Assembly: GCA_963836205.1 (NCBI GenBank)
Contig: CAWIIV010000017.1
Location: 1 to 64,000, forward strand
Source of the DNA: an uncultured Acidimicrobiia bacterium
Lineage (GTDB): Bacteria; Actinomycetota; Acidimicrobiia; Acidimicrobiales; AC-14
Reading direction: 5' to 3'
DNA length: 64,000 nucleotides
In this document: positions 1 to 11,542 of the stretch, one piece after another
Layout of the letters: each line of letters opens with the position of its first letter
Numbering within the stretch: position 1 is the stretch's first letter
Program-made: the position numbers and the translations under genes
The notes under the pieces: model-generated
Told to the model about the DNA's origin: nothing
The model's input: the letters and a program-made list of their open reading frames with translations, nothing else
Database searches by the model: none

Positions 1-897
1 ATCCCCACCCACAACGACGGCGGCACCATCGAGCCCCTCCTGCGGCGGGTGCTGGCGGAGCCCGGCGTGGGCGACGTGGTGGTGGTGGCCAGCGGCTGCG
101 ACGACGACACCGTCTCGCTGGTGGCGGAGGCGGCCGCGGGCGACTCCCGGGTCCAGCTGTTCGTGGAGGCGGAGCGCTCGGGCAAGGCGTCCGCCATCAA
201 CTTCGCCATGGAGCAGCGCCTGCGCCTGCCCTACGTGGTCATCATCTCGGGCGACGTCCTACCCGCGCCCGGGGCGGTATCGCTGCTGGTCACGGCCCTG
301 GCCCAGCCGGGCGTGGGCCTGGCCGGCGGTCGGCCCGTCCCCGACAACCCGCCGACCACCGCCATGGGCCACGCCTCCCACCTCCTGTGGCGCCTGCACC
401 ACCGGCTGGCCCTCCAGCAGCCCAAGCTGGGCGAGATGATCGCCATCCGGGCCGAGGCCGTCGTCGCCCTGCCCCGCACCTCGGTCGACGAGGCCTGCTT
501 CCAGTCCCTGCTGGAGACAGCCGGCTGGAAGGCCCGCTACGTCCCCGAGGCCCTGGTGGCCAACCGGGGCCCGTGCACGGTGCGCGACTTCGTCCGCCAG
601 CGGCGCCAGATCCACACCGGCCACCTGTGGCTGCGCCACCGCGAGCACTACTCCGTGCCCAGCCTCCGCCTGGGCCTGCTGCTGCGGGAGTTCTGGCGCG
701 ACCTGGCCGAGGAGCCCCGGGGCCGCCGCCCGCGACCGCTAGCCTTCACCGTAGGCACCGTGGCGCTGGAGGCTACCGCCCGCCTCCTGGCCCGCCTCGA
801 CTACCTGAAGGGAAGGGAAAACGTTGTCTGGGCCATGGTCAAGAGCACCAAAGGCGGCCCGGCTGGCCCGGACGGGCTGGGCCCTGGCCGCGGCTAG
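1..897 (+). CDS. Glycosyltransferase family 2 (5' end outside window)
   Basis: Frame open from base 1 (IPTHNDGGTI); SGCDDDT, GKASAIN, SGDV and RQRRQI (QxxRW-like) motifs. Confidence 0.85.
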   Translation: MPTHNDGGTIEPLLRRVLAEPGVGDVVVVASGCDDDTVSLVAEAAAGDSRVQLFVEAERSGKASAINFAMEQRLRLPYVVIISGDVLPAPGAVSLLVTALAQPGVGLAGGRPVPDNPPTTAMGHASHLLWRLHHRLALQQPKLGEMIAIRAEAVVALPRTSVDEACFQSLLETAGWKARYVPEALVANRGPCTVRDFVRQRRQIHTGHLWLRHREHYSVPSLRLGLLLREFWRDLAEEPRGRRPRPLAFTVGTVALEATARLLARLDYLKGRENVVWAMVKSTKGGPAGPDGLGPGRG

Positions 898-1987
898 CTC
901 CTGGCGCTCGAAGGGTCACCCCCGCCTCCTGCCCGTCAACGTCACCATCAGCACCAACTTCCGCTGCAACTTCAAGTGCCTGAGCTGCAACGTCTACGAG
1001 CGCAAGGTCAAGGAGCTCGACGCCGAGGAGTGGACCCGGGTCTTCAAGTCCCTGGGCCGGGCGCCGGCGTGGATGACCTTCAGCGGGGGCGAGCCGTTCC
1101 TGCGGGGTGACCTGCCCGACATCATCGGCTCGGCCGTCGAGCACTGCCGGCCGGCGGTGGTGAACATCCCCACCAACGGCTGGTTCACCGACCGGGTGGT
1201 GGCGGGGGTCAGGCAGATCTGCACCACCCACCCCGACATCCAGCTGGTGATCAATCTGAGCGTCGACCACCACATCCCCGAGCGCCACGACGTGCTGCGG
1301 GGGGCGGCCGGGTCCTACCAGCGGCTGATGGCCACCCTGGCCGGGCTGCGGGCGCTGCAGCTGCCCAACCTCACCGTCGGGGTCCACACCGTCGTCTCCA
1401 ACGCCAACGTGGCCGACTTTCCGGCGGTGGCCCAGGGGTTGGCCGCCCTGGGCGCCGACTCCTACATCGCCGAGCCGGCCGAGGAGCGGGTGGAGCTGCA
1501 GACGATGGACACCGGCATCACGCCCGGCGGGGCCGGCTTCAGCCGGGCCGCGGCGGCCGTCCTGGTCAACGAGAAGGAAGCCAAGGGAACGGTGGCCAAG
1601 ATGGCCCGGGCCCTGCGGGGCGAGTACTACGGGCGGGTGGTGCGCTTCCTCGACGGCGACGTCACCGCCATGCCGGTGTGCCACGCCGGGTTCCTGTCGG
1701 TGCACATCGTGGCCGACGGCGAGGTGTGGTCGTGCTGCGTGCTGGCCCGGTCGTTCGGCAACCTGCGCGACCACGACTTCGACTTCAAGAAGGTGTGGTT
1801 CTCCCCCGCGGCGGAGGAGTTCCGCTCGTGGATGCGGGAGCGCCGCTGCGCCTGCCCCCTGGCCAACGCCGCTTACACGAACATGCTGGTGGAGCCGGGG
1901 GCTGCGTCCCGGATGGCGGTCAGCATGGTGCGCAAGCCGACCAAGGTCCCCATGCCAGCCTCAATGGGGGGGAGCGGGGACTCCTGA
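824..1987 (+). CDS. Radical SAM protein with SPASM/twitch domain
   Basis: CNFKCLSC (CxxxCxxC), FSGGEPF, PTNG; C-terminal CHAG...VWSCC...CAC. Confidence 0.9.
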   Translation: MSGPWSRAPKAARLARTGWALAAASSWRSKGHPRLLPVNVTISTNFRCNFKCLSCNVYERKVKELDAEEWTRVFKSLGRAPAWMTFSGGEPFLRGDLPDIIGSAVEHCRPAVVNIPTNGWFTDRVVAGVRQICTTHPDIQLVINLSVDHHIPERHDVLRGAAGSYQRLMATLAGLRALQLPNLTVGVHTVVSNANVADFPAVAQGLAALGADSYIAEPAEERVELQTMDTGITPGGAGFSRAAAAVLVNEKEAKGTVAKMARALRGEYYGRVVRFLDGDVTAMPVCHAGFLSVHIVADGEVWSCCVLARSFGNLRDHDFDFKKVWFSPAAEEFRSWMRERRCACPLANAAYTNMLVEPGAASRMAVSMVRKPTKVPMPASMGGSGDS

Positions 1988-3882
1988 GCGACTTGGGGGT
2001 CGTTCTGGTCACGGGCGGGTCGGGGTTCATCGGGTCGCACCTGGTCACGGCCCTGTCGGCCGGGGGCCGGACGGTGCGGGTGCTGGTGCGCTCGGAGGCC
2101 GCCGCGGCCAAGGTACGAGTGGCGGCGCCGGGGGCGGAGATCGCGTTCGACGTGGGCGAAGCGGCCCGGGGCTGCCGGCTCGTCTACCACCTGGCCGGCA
2201 CCTACCGGGGCTCGCCGGACGAGCTGCGGGCGATGCACGTCGACGGGACGGCCGCGCTGCTGGCGGCCGTCGAGCCCGACGCCCGGGTGGTGCTGCTGAG
2301 CTCCACGTCGGTCTACGGGTGGGACCAGGCGTGGCCGGCCGACCACGCCACGCCCCCCGACCCGTCGTCGGCCTACGGGCGGGCCAAGCTGGCCGCCGAG
2401 TCTCTGGTGGCGGCCCGGGCCGGCTCGGTGATCGCCCGCTCCACCATCGTCTACGGGCCGGGCGACGTCGACGGGATGCTGGCCCGGGTGGCCAAGCTGC
2501 TCGCCCGCCACGTGCGCTGGTTCCCGGGCGACGGGTTGAACCGGGTCCACCTCATCCACGTCGACGACCTGGTGGCGGCCCTGGTGGCCCTGGGTGAGCG
2601 GGGGGACGGGGTGTTCGTGCTCGGCGGTCCCACGGCCACGCCCATCCGCCGCATCTTCGGGCTGCTGGCCGACGGCGCCGGGCTGCCCCGGCCCGTGTTC
2701 GGGGTGCCCACCGCCCCGGTGGCGGGCGCGGCCCGGGCGGTGGAGGGCCTCTGGGTCCGCACCGGGCGGTCGGGCGAGCCCCCGCTGAACCGCCACAGCC
2801 TCGACGTCGCAACCCGCGACCGGGCCTACTCGTCGGCCCGGGCCACCGAGGACCTCGGCTGGACGCCGAAGGTGATGCTGGAGGACGGCGTGCCCGCGGT
2901 GGGGGCGTGGCTGGCGGCCAACGTCCTCGCCAAGCCCGCCAAGCCCGCGAGGACAGTTCCCGGCTTCGAGGCCGGCCACGACCCCGACGCGCCGGCGGCG
3001 GGCGGGTTCGACTGGCGGGGCTACTTCGTCGACCCCGACGAGGGCCTGGGAACCGTCTACGAGCGCTTCGCCCTCGACAAGGTGCTCGAGTCGGCCATCG
3101 CCGCCACCGGGGCCACCAGCGTCCTCCACGCCCCCTTGTTCGGGATGATGGGCATCCCCGGCCTCGACGCCGTCTTCCTCGCCCGCCGGGGCATGCGGGT
3201 GGGCCTGCTCGACGTCGACGGCGAGCGGCTGGAGGCGGTCCACAACCAGTGGCGCGGCCTCGGCCTCGACCCCGAGGTCCACCTGGTCGACGGTCTCGAC
3301 CCTGCGGGCTGGCCCGACACCCTGCCCGTCCGCTACGACCTGGCCTTTTCCTTCGCCGCCCTGTGGTGGTTCGAGGACCCGTGGGCCGTCCAGGCCGCCC
3401 TCGCCCGGTGGGCCGACAAGGGCGTGCTCACGTGCGTCCCCAACCGCAACGTTTTCATGCGCATGCGGGCTCGCCTGTGGCACAAGGACCTGTTCGAGCG
3501 CCTGAACGAGGACGCCCTCGACGCCAAGGCCGCCACCCGGGCCGCGGCCGCCTCGGGGCTGAAGGCGGTCGACACCGGCCTGTTCGACATCCCGCCGTTC
3601 CCCGACACGTCCGTCCCCCTGGCCAAGCTCCTCCGGGCCCGCAAGGGCAAGCCGGCCGCGACAGGGACCGACGGCGTGGGCGAGGGCGAGCAGGCGTGGG
3701 CGTGGTCGATCCTGCCCTTCCTCACCGGCGACGACCCGGGGATGGAGGACCGGGTCGCCCGATTGTCACGGTGGGAGCGCTTCCTGCCGGGGCCGATCCA
3801 GCCGGCCCTGGCCCACCACCGTTACGTCTTGTTCACTCCCACGGCCGGTGCGCCGGTGGGCGCGGCCACCCATACCCAGTAG
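1984..3882 (+). CDS. NAD-dependent epimerase/dehydratase fused to a SAM methyltransferase-like domain
   Basis: VTGGSGFIG and YGRAK (YxxxK); C-terminal half VGLLDVD...YDLAFSFAAL; start is CTG 1984 or TTG 1993. Confidence 0.75.
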   Translation: MSDLGVVLVTGGSGFIGSHLVTALSAGGRTVRVLVRSEAAAAKVRVAAPGAEIAFDVGEAARGCRLVYHLAGTYRGSPDELRAMHVDGTAALLAAVEPDARVVLLSSTSVYGWDQAWPADHATPPDPSSAYGRAKLAAESLVAARAGSVIARSTIVYGPGDVDGMLARVAKLLARHVRWFPGDGLNRVHLIHVDDLVAALVALGERGDGVFVLGGPTATPIRRIFGLLADGAGLPRPVFGVPTAPVAGAARAVEGLWVRTGRSGEPPLNRHSLDVATRDRAYSSARATEDLGWTPKVMLEDGVPAVGAWLAANVLAKPAKPARTVPGFEAGHDPDAPAAGGFDWRGYFVDPDEGLGTVYERFALDKVLESAIAATGATSVLHAPLFGMMGIPGLDAVFLARRGMRVGLLDVDGERLEAVHNQWRGLGLDPEVHLVDGLDPAGWPDTLPVRYDLAFSFAALWWFEDPWAVQAALARWADKGVLTCVPNRNVFMRMRARLWHKDLFERLNEDALDAKAATRAAAASGLKAVDTGLFDIPPFPDTSVPLAKLLRARKGKPAATGTDGVGEGEQAWAWSILPFLTGDDPGMEDRVARLSRWERFLPGPIQPALAHHRYVLFTPTAGAPVGAATHTQ

Positions 3883-4670
3883 CTGGCCCAGAAGGGCAGG
3901 GCCTTGGCCAGGCCGTCGTCGAGCTTGCGGTAGCGGTCGAGGGCGGCGGGGTCGGAGGTGGAGAAGATCCGCCGCATGATGTTGGGCCGCGGCTGGAGGA
4001 ACAGCTCGTAGGGCAGGAAGCTGAACCGCTCCTGGTGCACCAGTTCCAAACCCGCCTTGGCGACCGCGGCCCGGTTGCGGCGGGTGCCGTAGAAGTAGAA
4101 CTTCTCCCGCTTGGGGGCGAGGGTGGCCAGGAGCATGAAGTGGGGGCAGCCCAGGCGGCCCTCGAGGATGACGATCCGTCCCGCCGGGCCCACCACCCGG
4201 CCCGCTTCCCGCAGCACGTCGGCCGGCGCGACCAGATGGTGGAGCAGGTTCTTGACGATCACAACGTCGGCCGAGCCGGCGGGCATGCCGCCCAGGACCT
4301 CGGTGGCGTCGCCCACCACCAGGTCGTCGCCCAGGATGGGCCGGGCCAGGTCGACCGCGGCCTGGCTCAGATCGGCGCCCGAGTAGCGCAGGTCGACGCC
4401 CCGCTCCTTGGCCACCCGCAGCAGAGCCGCAGCCAGGAAGCCCTCGCCGCAGGCGGGCTCGAAGACCCGCAGGGGGCGGGGGCCGTGGCCGTTGGTGGTG
4501 GGGTCGGCCGGGGCGTTGATCGGACCCACCCCGTCGAGCACCCGGCCCGCCAGGCGGTCGTTGAAGGCCCGGAACAGGGGGTGGTTGAGCTGCTCGCCCA
4601 CCACCGCCGCCCGCCGGGGATAGGTGCGGTCGTAGTAGTTCTGCTGGTACTCACGGTGGGCGTTCGTCAC
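3822..4670 (-). CDS. Class I SAM-dependent methyltransferase
   Basis: VFEPACGEG, GADLS, VVGDA, NLLHHL; overlaps the 3' end of the convergent gene by 61 nt. Confidence 0.85.
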   Translation of the reverse strand: MTNAHREYQQNYYDRTYPRRAAVVGEQLNHPLFRAFNDRLAGRVLDGVGPINAPADPTTNGHGPRPLRVFEPACGEGFLAAALLRVAKERGVDLRYSGADLSQAAVDLARPILGDDLVVGDATEVLGGMPAGSADVVIVKNLLHHLVAPADVLREAGRVVGPAGRIVILEGRLGCPHFMLLATLAPKREKFYFYGTRRNRAAVAKAGLELVHQERFSFLPYELFLQPRPNIMRRIFSTSDPAALDRYRKLDDGLAKALPFWASYWVWVAAPTGAPAVGVNKT

Positions 4671-4726
4671 GGCCCCCGATGGTAGTCTCGTTGCTTCGGA
4701 CCGCCGCATACCCGGGGATTCTCATA

Positions 4727-6373
4727 TTGCGCGTCAAGATGGTGTGTCTTGAGGACGGAATCACCTCGTGTGGTTTCCGCAAGATGGCGGGCTATGCCGC
4801 CCGTGTGAATCCCGACACCGAGTCGTGGTACGTGTCCACCAAGCGCTTCCGCGGCGTGATGAACAACATCACCGGCAAGATGGGCACCAAGGGCGACTTC
4901 GACGACGACGACGTAGACCAGATCGCCAAGTCGCTCGCCGGCAACGACCTCGTCGGCTTCTCCTCGATGACCGGTTACTCCGACCTCACCCGCCAGGTGA
5001 TCGGCCGGTTGCGGGCCATCGACCCGTCGACGTTCATCATCTGGGGCGGCATCCACCCGATCATCCACCCCGAGGACGCCATCCAGGCCGAGGTCGACGC
5101 CATCTGCACCGGCGAGGGTGAGTTCGCCTTCCACGAGTTCTACGACAAGTTCGACGCCGGGAAGGACTTCATCGACGTCAAGAACTTCTGGTTCAAGCGG
5201 GGAAACCAGATCACCCGCAACGACTTCCTGCCGCTCATGACGCCGGCCGACATGGACACCCTGCCCTTCCCCCAGTACGGGGCCAAGAGCGAGATGATCT
5301 ACGCCCCCCACCAGGGCTTCGTCCCCCTCGACAAGAACGACTACCTGCTCAACTTCAGCCTCGGCTACCAGACCGTGTGGTCGATCGGCTGCCCCTTCCA
5401 CTGCTCGTTCTGCGGCAACACCAAGTTCATCGCCAACGACCCGAGCTACAAGAAGGTGCGCCACCCGAGCCCCCGCTACGTGGTCGACGAGGTCAAGAGC
5501 GTCCGGGCCCGGTTCCCGTTCGTGAGCCACGTCAACTTCCACGACGACAGCTTCATGGCCATCCCGTACCGGGAGCTGGAGGAGTTCGCCGAGCTGTGGC
5601 GGGAGGAGCTGGGCATCCCATTCACCGTGTTCGGGGTCATTCCCAACTACGTGAAGCAGGAGAAGTTCGACCTGCTGAGTTGGGCCGGGATGAACCGGGT
5701 CCGCATGGGGATTCAGAGCGGCAGCCAGAACATCCTCGACTTCTACAAGCGGCCCACGCCGCCGGCACGGATCCTGGAAGCGGGCGAGGTCATCTCCTCG
5801 TTTTCGCCCAAATACCACATCCCGCCGGCCTACGACATCATCGTCGACAACCCAATCGAGACCCGCCAGGACGTCGTCGACACCCTCGAGTTGCTCTACA
5901 CGATGGCCCGGCCTTACACCCTGTACATCTACTCGCTGAAGGTCATCCCCAACACCCAGTTGGAGAAGGAGATGATCGAGCGGGGCATCGACGTCGAGCA
6001 CATCTCGTCGAGCTTCATGGTGGTGCCGCCCCGGTGGGCCAACCTCATGCTCTACGTGCTGGCCGTCTGGAAGCCGCCCCGCCGGATCTTCGACCGCATG
6101 CTCAAGCGGGTGAAGCCGAGCTCCGAGGAGCAGAAGTTCTACCCCCGCCTGGGGACGTTCCTGCGCTCGATCTACCTGCTCAAGCGGGTCCTCGACCACC
6201 TCCGGTCGATGGACTTCTCCGTCCTGCCGGGCCGGTCCGGGTACCTGTGCTGGCGGCTGGGCATCGTCGGCGCCACCCGCCGCTTCATCCGCCGTCCCCC
6301 CAAGCCGGAGAAGAAGAAGGGCCGGGCCGCGGTGGTCGCCATGCGCCTCCCCGTCGTCGAGAGCGACACCTAA
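4727..6373 (+). CDS. B12-binding radical SAM protein
   Basis: VGFSSMT, WGGIHP, GEGE, GCPFHCSFC, FHDDSF, MGIQSGS. Confidence 0.9.
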   Translation: MRVKMVCLEDGITSCGFRKMAGYAARVNPDTESWYVSTKRFRGVMNNITGKMGTKGDFDDDDVDQIAKSLAGNDLVGFSSMTGYSDLTRQVIGRLRAIDPSTFIIWGGIHPIIHPEDAIQAEVDAICTGEGEFAFHEFYDKFDAGKDFIDVKNFWFKRGNQITRNDFLPLMTPADMDTLPFPQYGAKSEMIYAPHQGFVPLDKNDYLLNFSLGYQTVWSIGCPFHCSFCGNTKFIANDPSYKKVRHPSPRYVVDEVKSVRARFPFVSHVNFHDDSFMAIPYRELEEFAELWREELGIPFTVFGVIPNYVKQEKFDLLSWAGMNRVRMGIQSGSQNILDFYKRPTPPARILEAGEVISSFSPKYHIPPAYDIIVDNPIETRQDVVDTLELLYTMARPYTLYIYSLKVIPNTQLEKEMIERGIDVEHISSSFMVVPPRWANLMLYVLAVWKPPRRIFDRMLKRVKPSSEEQKFYPRLGTFLRSIYLLKRVLDHLRSMDFSVLPGRSGYLCWRLGIVGATRRFIRRPPKPEKKKGRAAVVAMRLPVVESDT

Positions 6374-6380
6374 CCAAGCT

Positions 6381-6431
6381 CCAACTGGTGACAGTTTCGG
6401 TCGCCAGGCGACCTTGAGCGTCACCAGTTGG
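6381..6431. terminator. Long hairpin between convergent genes
   Basis: CCAACTGGTGAC...GTCACCAGTTGG outer stem with inner GGTCGCC/GGCGACC stem. Confidence 0.6.
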
Positions 6432-6435
6432 CGGC

Positions 6436-7739
6436 TCAGGCCCAGGTGGGAGAGGCGCCGGAGGCCACGCCGGCGTAGATGGCTGCGCCCCTCGCCACGG
6501 CGCCCGGCACCCGCGAACGCCTCACCGGAATCGGGACATGGCGGGTCTTGGCCGCCAGCAGGGGCTCATTGACCGAGCCGCCACCGAACACGACCAGGCT
6601 CCGGCGGGGACCGAGGACGCCGGTGACCCGGGCCACGGCCGCAGCCGTCTCCGACGCCAGGGCGTCGAGCAGGGTGGCCCACACGTCGGCGGCATCGCCG
6701 GCGGGCAGGGCCGGGGGCTCTCGGCGGCGGAGGCTGTCGAGGAGTCCGGGCGCGTCGAGGACGGTGGCGCCCCCGGCCACCAGGCGGTCGAGCTCGGCAG
6801 GGGTCTGGCCGAGGACGGTGGCGGTGGCGTCGACCGCCTGCCCCGACCGGGCCCCGCTGGCCGACACCGCCCACCCGTCGCCACCGGGGAAGAGGCCGAC
6901 GGCCAGGCCTGGTCGAGCGCCGGGATACGACTCCGGACCGGCCCACCACCGTCTCCGCGGTTCCGACCGAATCGACGAGGTCGTCCTCCCCCGCGCCGCA
7001 GCCCACGAGGCCCACCAGGTGGTCGTGGCCGGCGACCGTCACCGGCACCCCGACGGCCAGGCCCGACCACGCAGACCCCTCGGCCGTGACCCGCCCCATC
7101 ACGTCGCCTGCGGCCAGCACCGGCGGGAACACGCCGACGTCGAACCCCGCGGCGTGGGCGACGTCGGGCAGCCACACCCGGCGGCCGACGTCGAAGCACC
7201 CGGTGCGGCCGGCCAGCGACCACTCGGTGGCCTCGGCACCGGTGAGCGCCCGCAGCACCAGCTCGGGAACGCCGAGCCACACCAGCGGGCCGGGCCGCGG
7301 CCGCCAGCCCGTTGTCGACCAGCCACGCCAGCTTGGCCACGGTGGCCACGTAGCGCAGGCGTTGGCCAAGAGCCCGGTCGAGGTCGGGCCCGAAGGAGGC
7401 GGTCAGCCGCTCGGCCACTGCCTCGCCCCGCCGGTCGTGCCAGGCGATGACCGGCGCCAGCGCCCGCCCTCCGGCATCGAACGGCGCCCCGCTCTCGGCG
7501 ATGCCCGCGATCCCCACACCCACGACCCGGGCCAGGTCGTCGCGCAGCGGGTCCAGCACGAGACGGACGACGTCGACAAGTGCGCCCACCGTCGCCTCCG
7601 ACCGAGCCCCCGAGGTCGTGAACGGGCTGGCCACGGCCGCGGTGCGGCGGACCTCGGCTCCCGTCGCCGTGTCCACCAGCATGGCCTTGGTCCTCGAGGA
7701 CCCGACGTCGATGCCCAGCAGCAAGGGACCGGCCGGCAC
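6436..7739 (-). pseudogene. FGGY-family carbohydrate kinase, frameshifted (pseudogene or sequencing error)
   Basis: GIDVGSSRTKA, VIAWHDRR, VAGHDH, SVGTAE and FGGGS motifs spread over three ORFs; shifts near 7290 and 6900-6935. Confidence 0.8.
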
Positions 7740-7906
7740 GGGGCACACGCAGAGAGGGTTGCACTCCGGGAGCCACCTAGATTCGTTCGATCGACACCGA
7801 CGGCTCCCCCGGCACCGGCCGGGCCCACTACGACCCGGCTCCGGAGCCCGCACTCGCCTCCCAACCGGCGCCTCGCCGACGGCTCCTCGGCCTCATCCGG
7901 GGATCG

Positions 7907-9650
7907 TTGGCGCTCGTGCGCCGGTCGGCCCCCCGGCGCTTCGCGGTCACCAGCGTCATCCAGCTCACGGCGGGCGCGGCCGCCGCCCTCACCCTCCTCT
8001 TCGGCCGGGACGCCCTCAACACCCTCCTGGCGGCCCAGCGCACGGGCGGGAGCCTGGGCGACATCGTCCCCCACCTCGTCCCCCTCGCCCTGATCGTGGC
8101 CTACCGCCGGGTCTCGGAATCGGTGCTGGCCAACGAGACCATCCTCCTCGGCTACCTGGTCAGCCGTACGGCCGACGATCAGGTGATCGACGTCGCCGCC
8201 GCCGTCGACTACGAGGCCTTCGAGGATCCGGACTTCCTGAACCGGCTCGAGCGGGCGACAAACAGCTCCGGCAAGGCGATGGACGTCGTCCAGGGGCTGA
8301 TGGCCATGGCCGGCAGCGGCTTCGCCCTCCTGGGCTTGGCGTGGGCGATGTTCACCCTCCAGCCGTTCCTCCTCCCCTGCCTGGCCGTCGGCGCCCTCCC
8401 CCTCTGGCGGACCTCGGTCCGCAACGCCCGGGACCTCTTCGCCACCGACGTCCGGATGGTCGAGGCCACCCGCCGCCGCCGGTACCTGCGGGAGGTCCTC
8501 ACGGGCAAGGACGAGGCCAAGGAGCTCCGCGATCTTCGGCGCCGCCGGCACCATCCGCCAGCGGTACGACCGCGCCTACGACGAGTGGATCGAGGAGCTG
8601 CGCCTGCTCCTCCGCCGGGCCCTCCGGCGCACGCTCCGGGGAGTAGCGACCGGCTGGCTGCTGGCCGTCGTGTTCGGCGGCCTCCTGCTCGTCCTGTTCC
8701 TCGACGCCCGCATCGGCCTGGCCGCGGCCGCGGCCGCGGCCTACGGAGCCCGCCAGCTCCGCAGCCGGGTCGACAGCCTCATCACCGGCGTGGCCCGGCT
8801 CTACCAGTCCGGCCTCTACCTCGACGACCTTCACGCCTTCGTCCTGCTCAAGCCGGTGGTCGAGGCAGCCCGACCGACGGCGAAGGCGGACGGGCCCTTC
8901 AGCCGCCTGACGGTCGAGAACGTGTCCTTCGCCTACCCCGGCACCGACCGGCTCGTGCTCCGGGACGTCTCCGTCGACATCGGGCGGGGCGAGGTGATCG
9001 CCCTGGTGGGGGAGAACGGCTGTGGCAAGACCACGCTGGCCAAGCTCCTCTGCCAGCTCTACCGGCCGCAGTCGGGCCGGATCCTGTGGGACGGGGAGGA
9101 CACCGCCACCGTCGACCCCCGCTCGCTGCAGGAATCGATCGCGGTCGTGTTCCAGGATTTCGTCCGCTACCAGCTCGACGCCCACAGCAATGTCGCCCTC
9201 GGCCGCCCGGAACGGATGGAGGACTGGGACGCGGTGGTCGACGCGGCCCGCGCCGCGGGCGCCCACGAGTTCCTGGCCACCCTGCCCCAGGGCTACGACA
9301 CCCTCCTCAGCCGGGCCTTCGCCGGCGGTGAGGACCTGTCGATCGGCCAGTGGCAACGGGTGGCCCTGGCCCGGGCCTTCTTCCGGGACGCCGAGTTCCT
9401 GGTCCTCGACGAGCCGACGGCCGCCCTCGACGCCAAGGCCGAGCACGACCTGTTCGAAAGCGTCCGGCGGCTGTGCCATGGACGCTCGGTGCTCCTGATC
9501 TCCCACCGTCTGTCGAGCGTGCGGTCCGCTGACCGCATCTACGTTCTCGACGGCGGCGAGGTGGTGGAGCAGGGATCGCACGACGAGCTGATGGCCGCCG
9601 GTCACCTCTACGCCCGCCTCTTCAACCTCCAGGCCGCGGCCTACGCCTGA
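7907..9650 (+). CDS. ABC transporter permease/ATPase, one frameshift near 8530
   Basis: TM helices, AKELR, GENGCGKT, LSIGQWQRVALAR, LDEPT, ISHR. Confidence 0.85.
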
Positions 9651-9783
9651 TCACGCCGACCCTCGGATCTTCGCGGTCATGCCGACGCACAACCAGGTCG
9701 AGCAGTCACTGCGCTGCCTGGCGGCCCCGCACACCAAACGCCCGTCGCACCACTGGATCCGATGACCCCCGGCAGTCGGGCCG

Positions 9784-9999
9784 GTGCCATCAACCGATTC
9801 GACCGAGCCGCTGGCCCGTGGTGCCGCGGAAGTGGGCGAGCTTCCGCCGGCGCAGCCGGTTCGAGCAGGTGTGCCCGACCTCGCGATATCGCTCGATAAC
9901 CTCGCCGATCAGCTCGTCGCCGTCGGTCGCCCGACGGAGGGCGAACAGGCGCGGGCGGAGGCCGAGCAGATCAACCGCCGCCTGCTGCGGAACCACTGA
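9784..9999 (+). pseudogene. TPR-protein C-terminal remnant
   Basis: PDLAISLDNLADQLVAVGRPTEG resembles one TPR repeat with no upstream gene body. Confidence 0.45.
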
Positions 10000-10005
10000 C
10001 GGGAC

Positions 10006-11406
<1,401 letters not shown>

Positions 11407-11542
11407 CAGCACACCAGCTTCCCAAAGAGAGACGTGGATTTCTCCTACGTAGATAGTAACAAACCCCCCCTCGCAGGTCATCCCCCGATCTGACGGCCGT
11501 TGAGCTACCGGGCGCAGGCCCCGCCCCTTAGCATGCCGCCCG

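Noticed and set aside
7907-9650. ABC exporter as the lasso peptide transporter
   Set aside because: 32 kb from the cluster with no linking evidence
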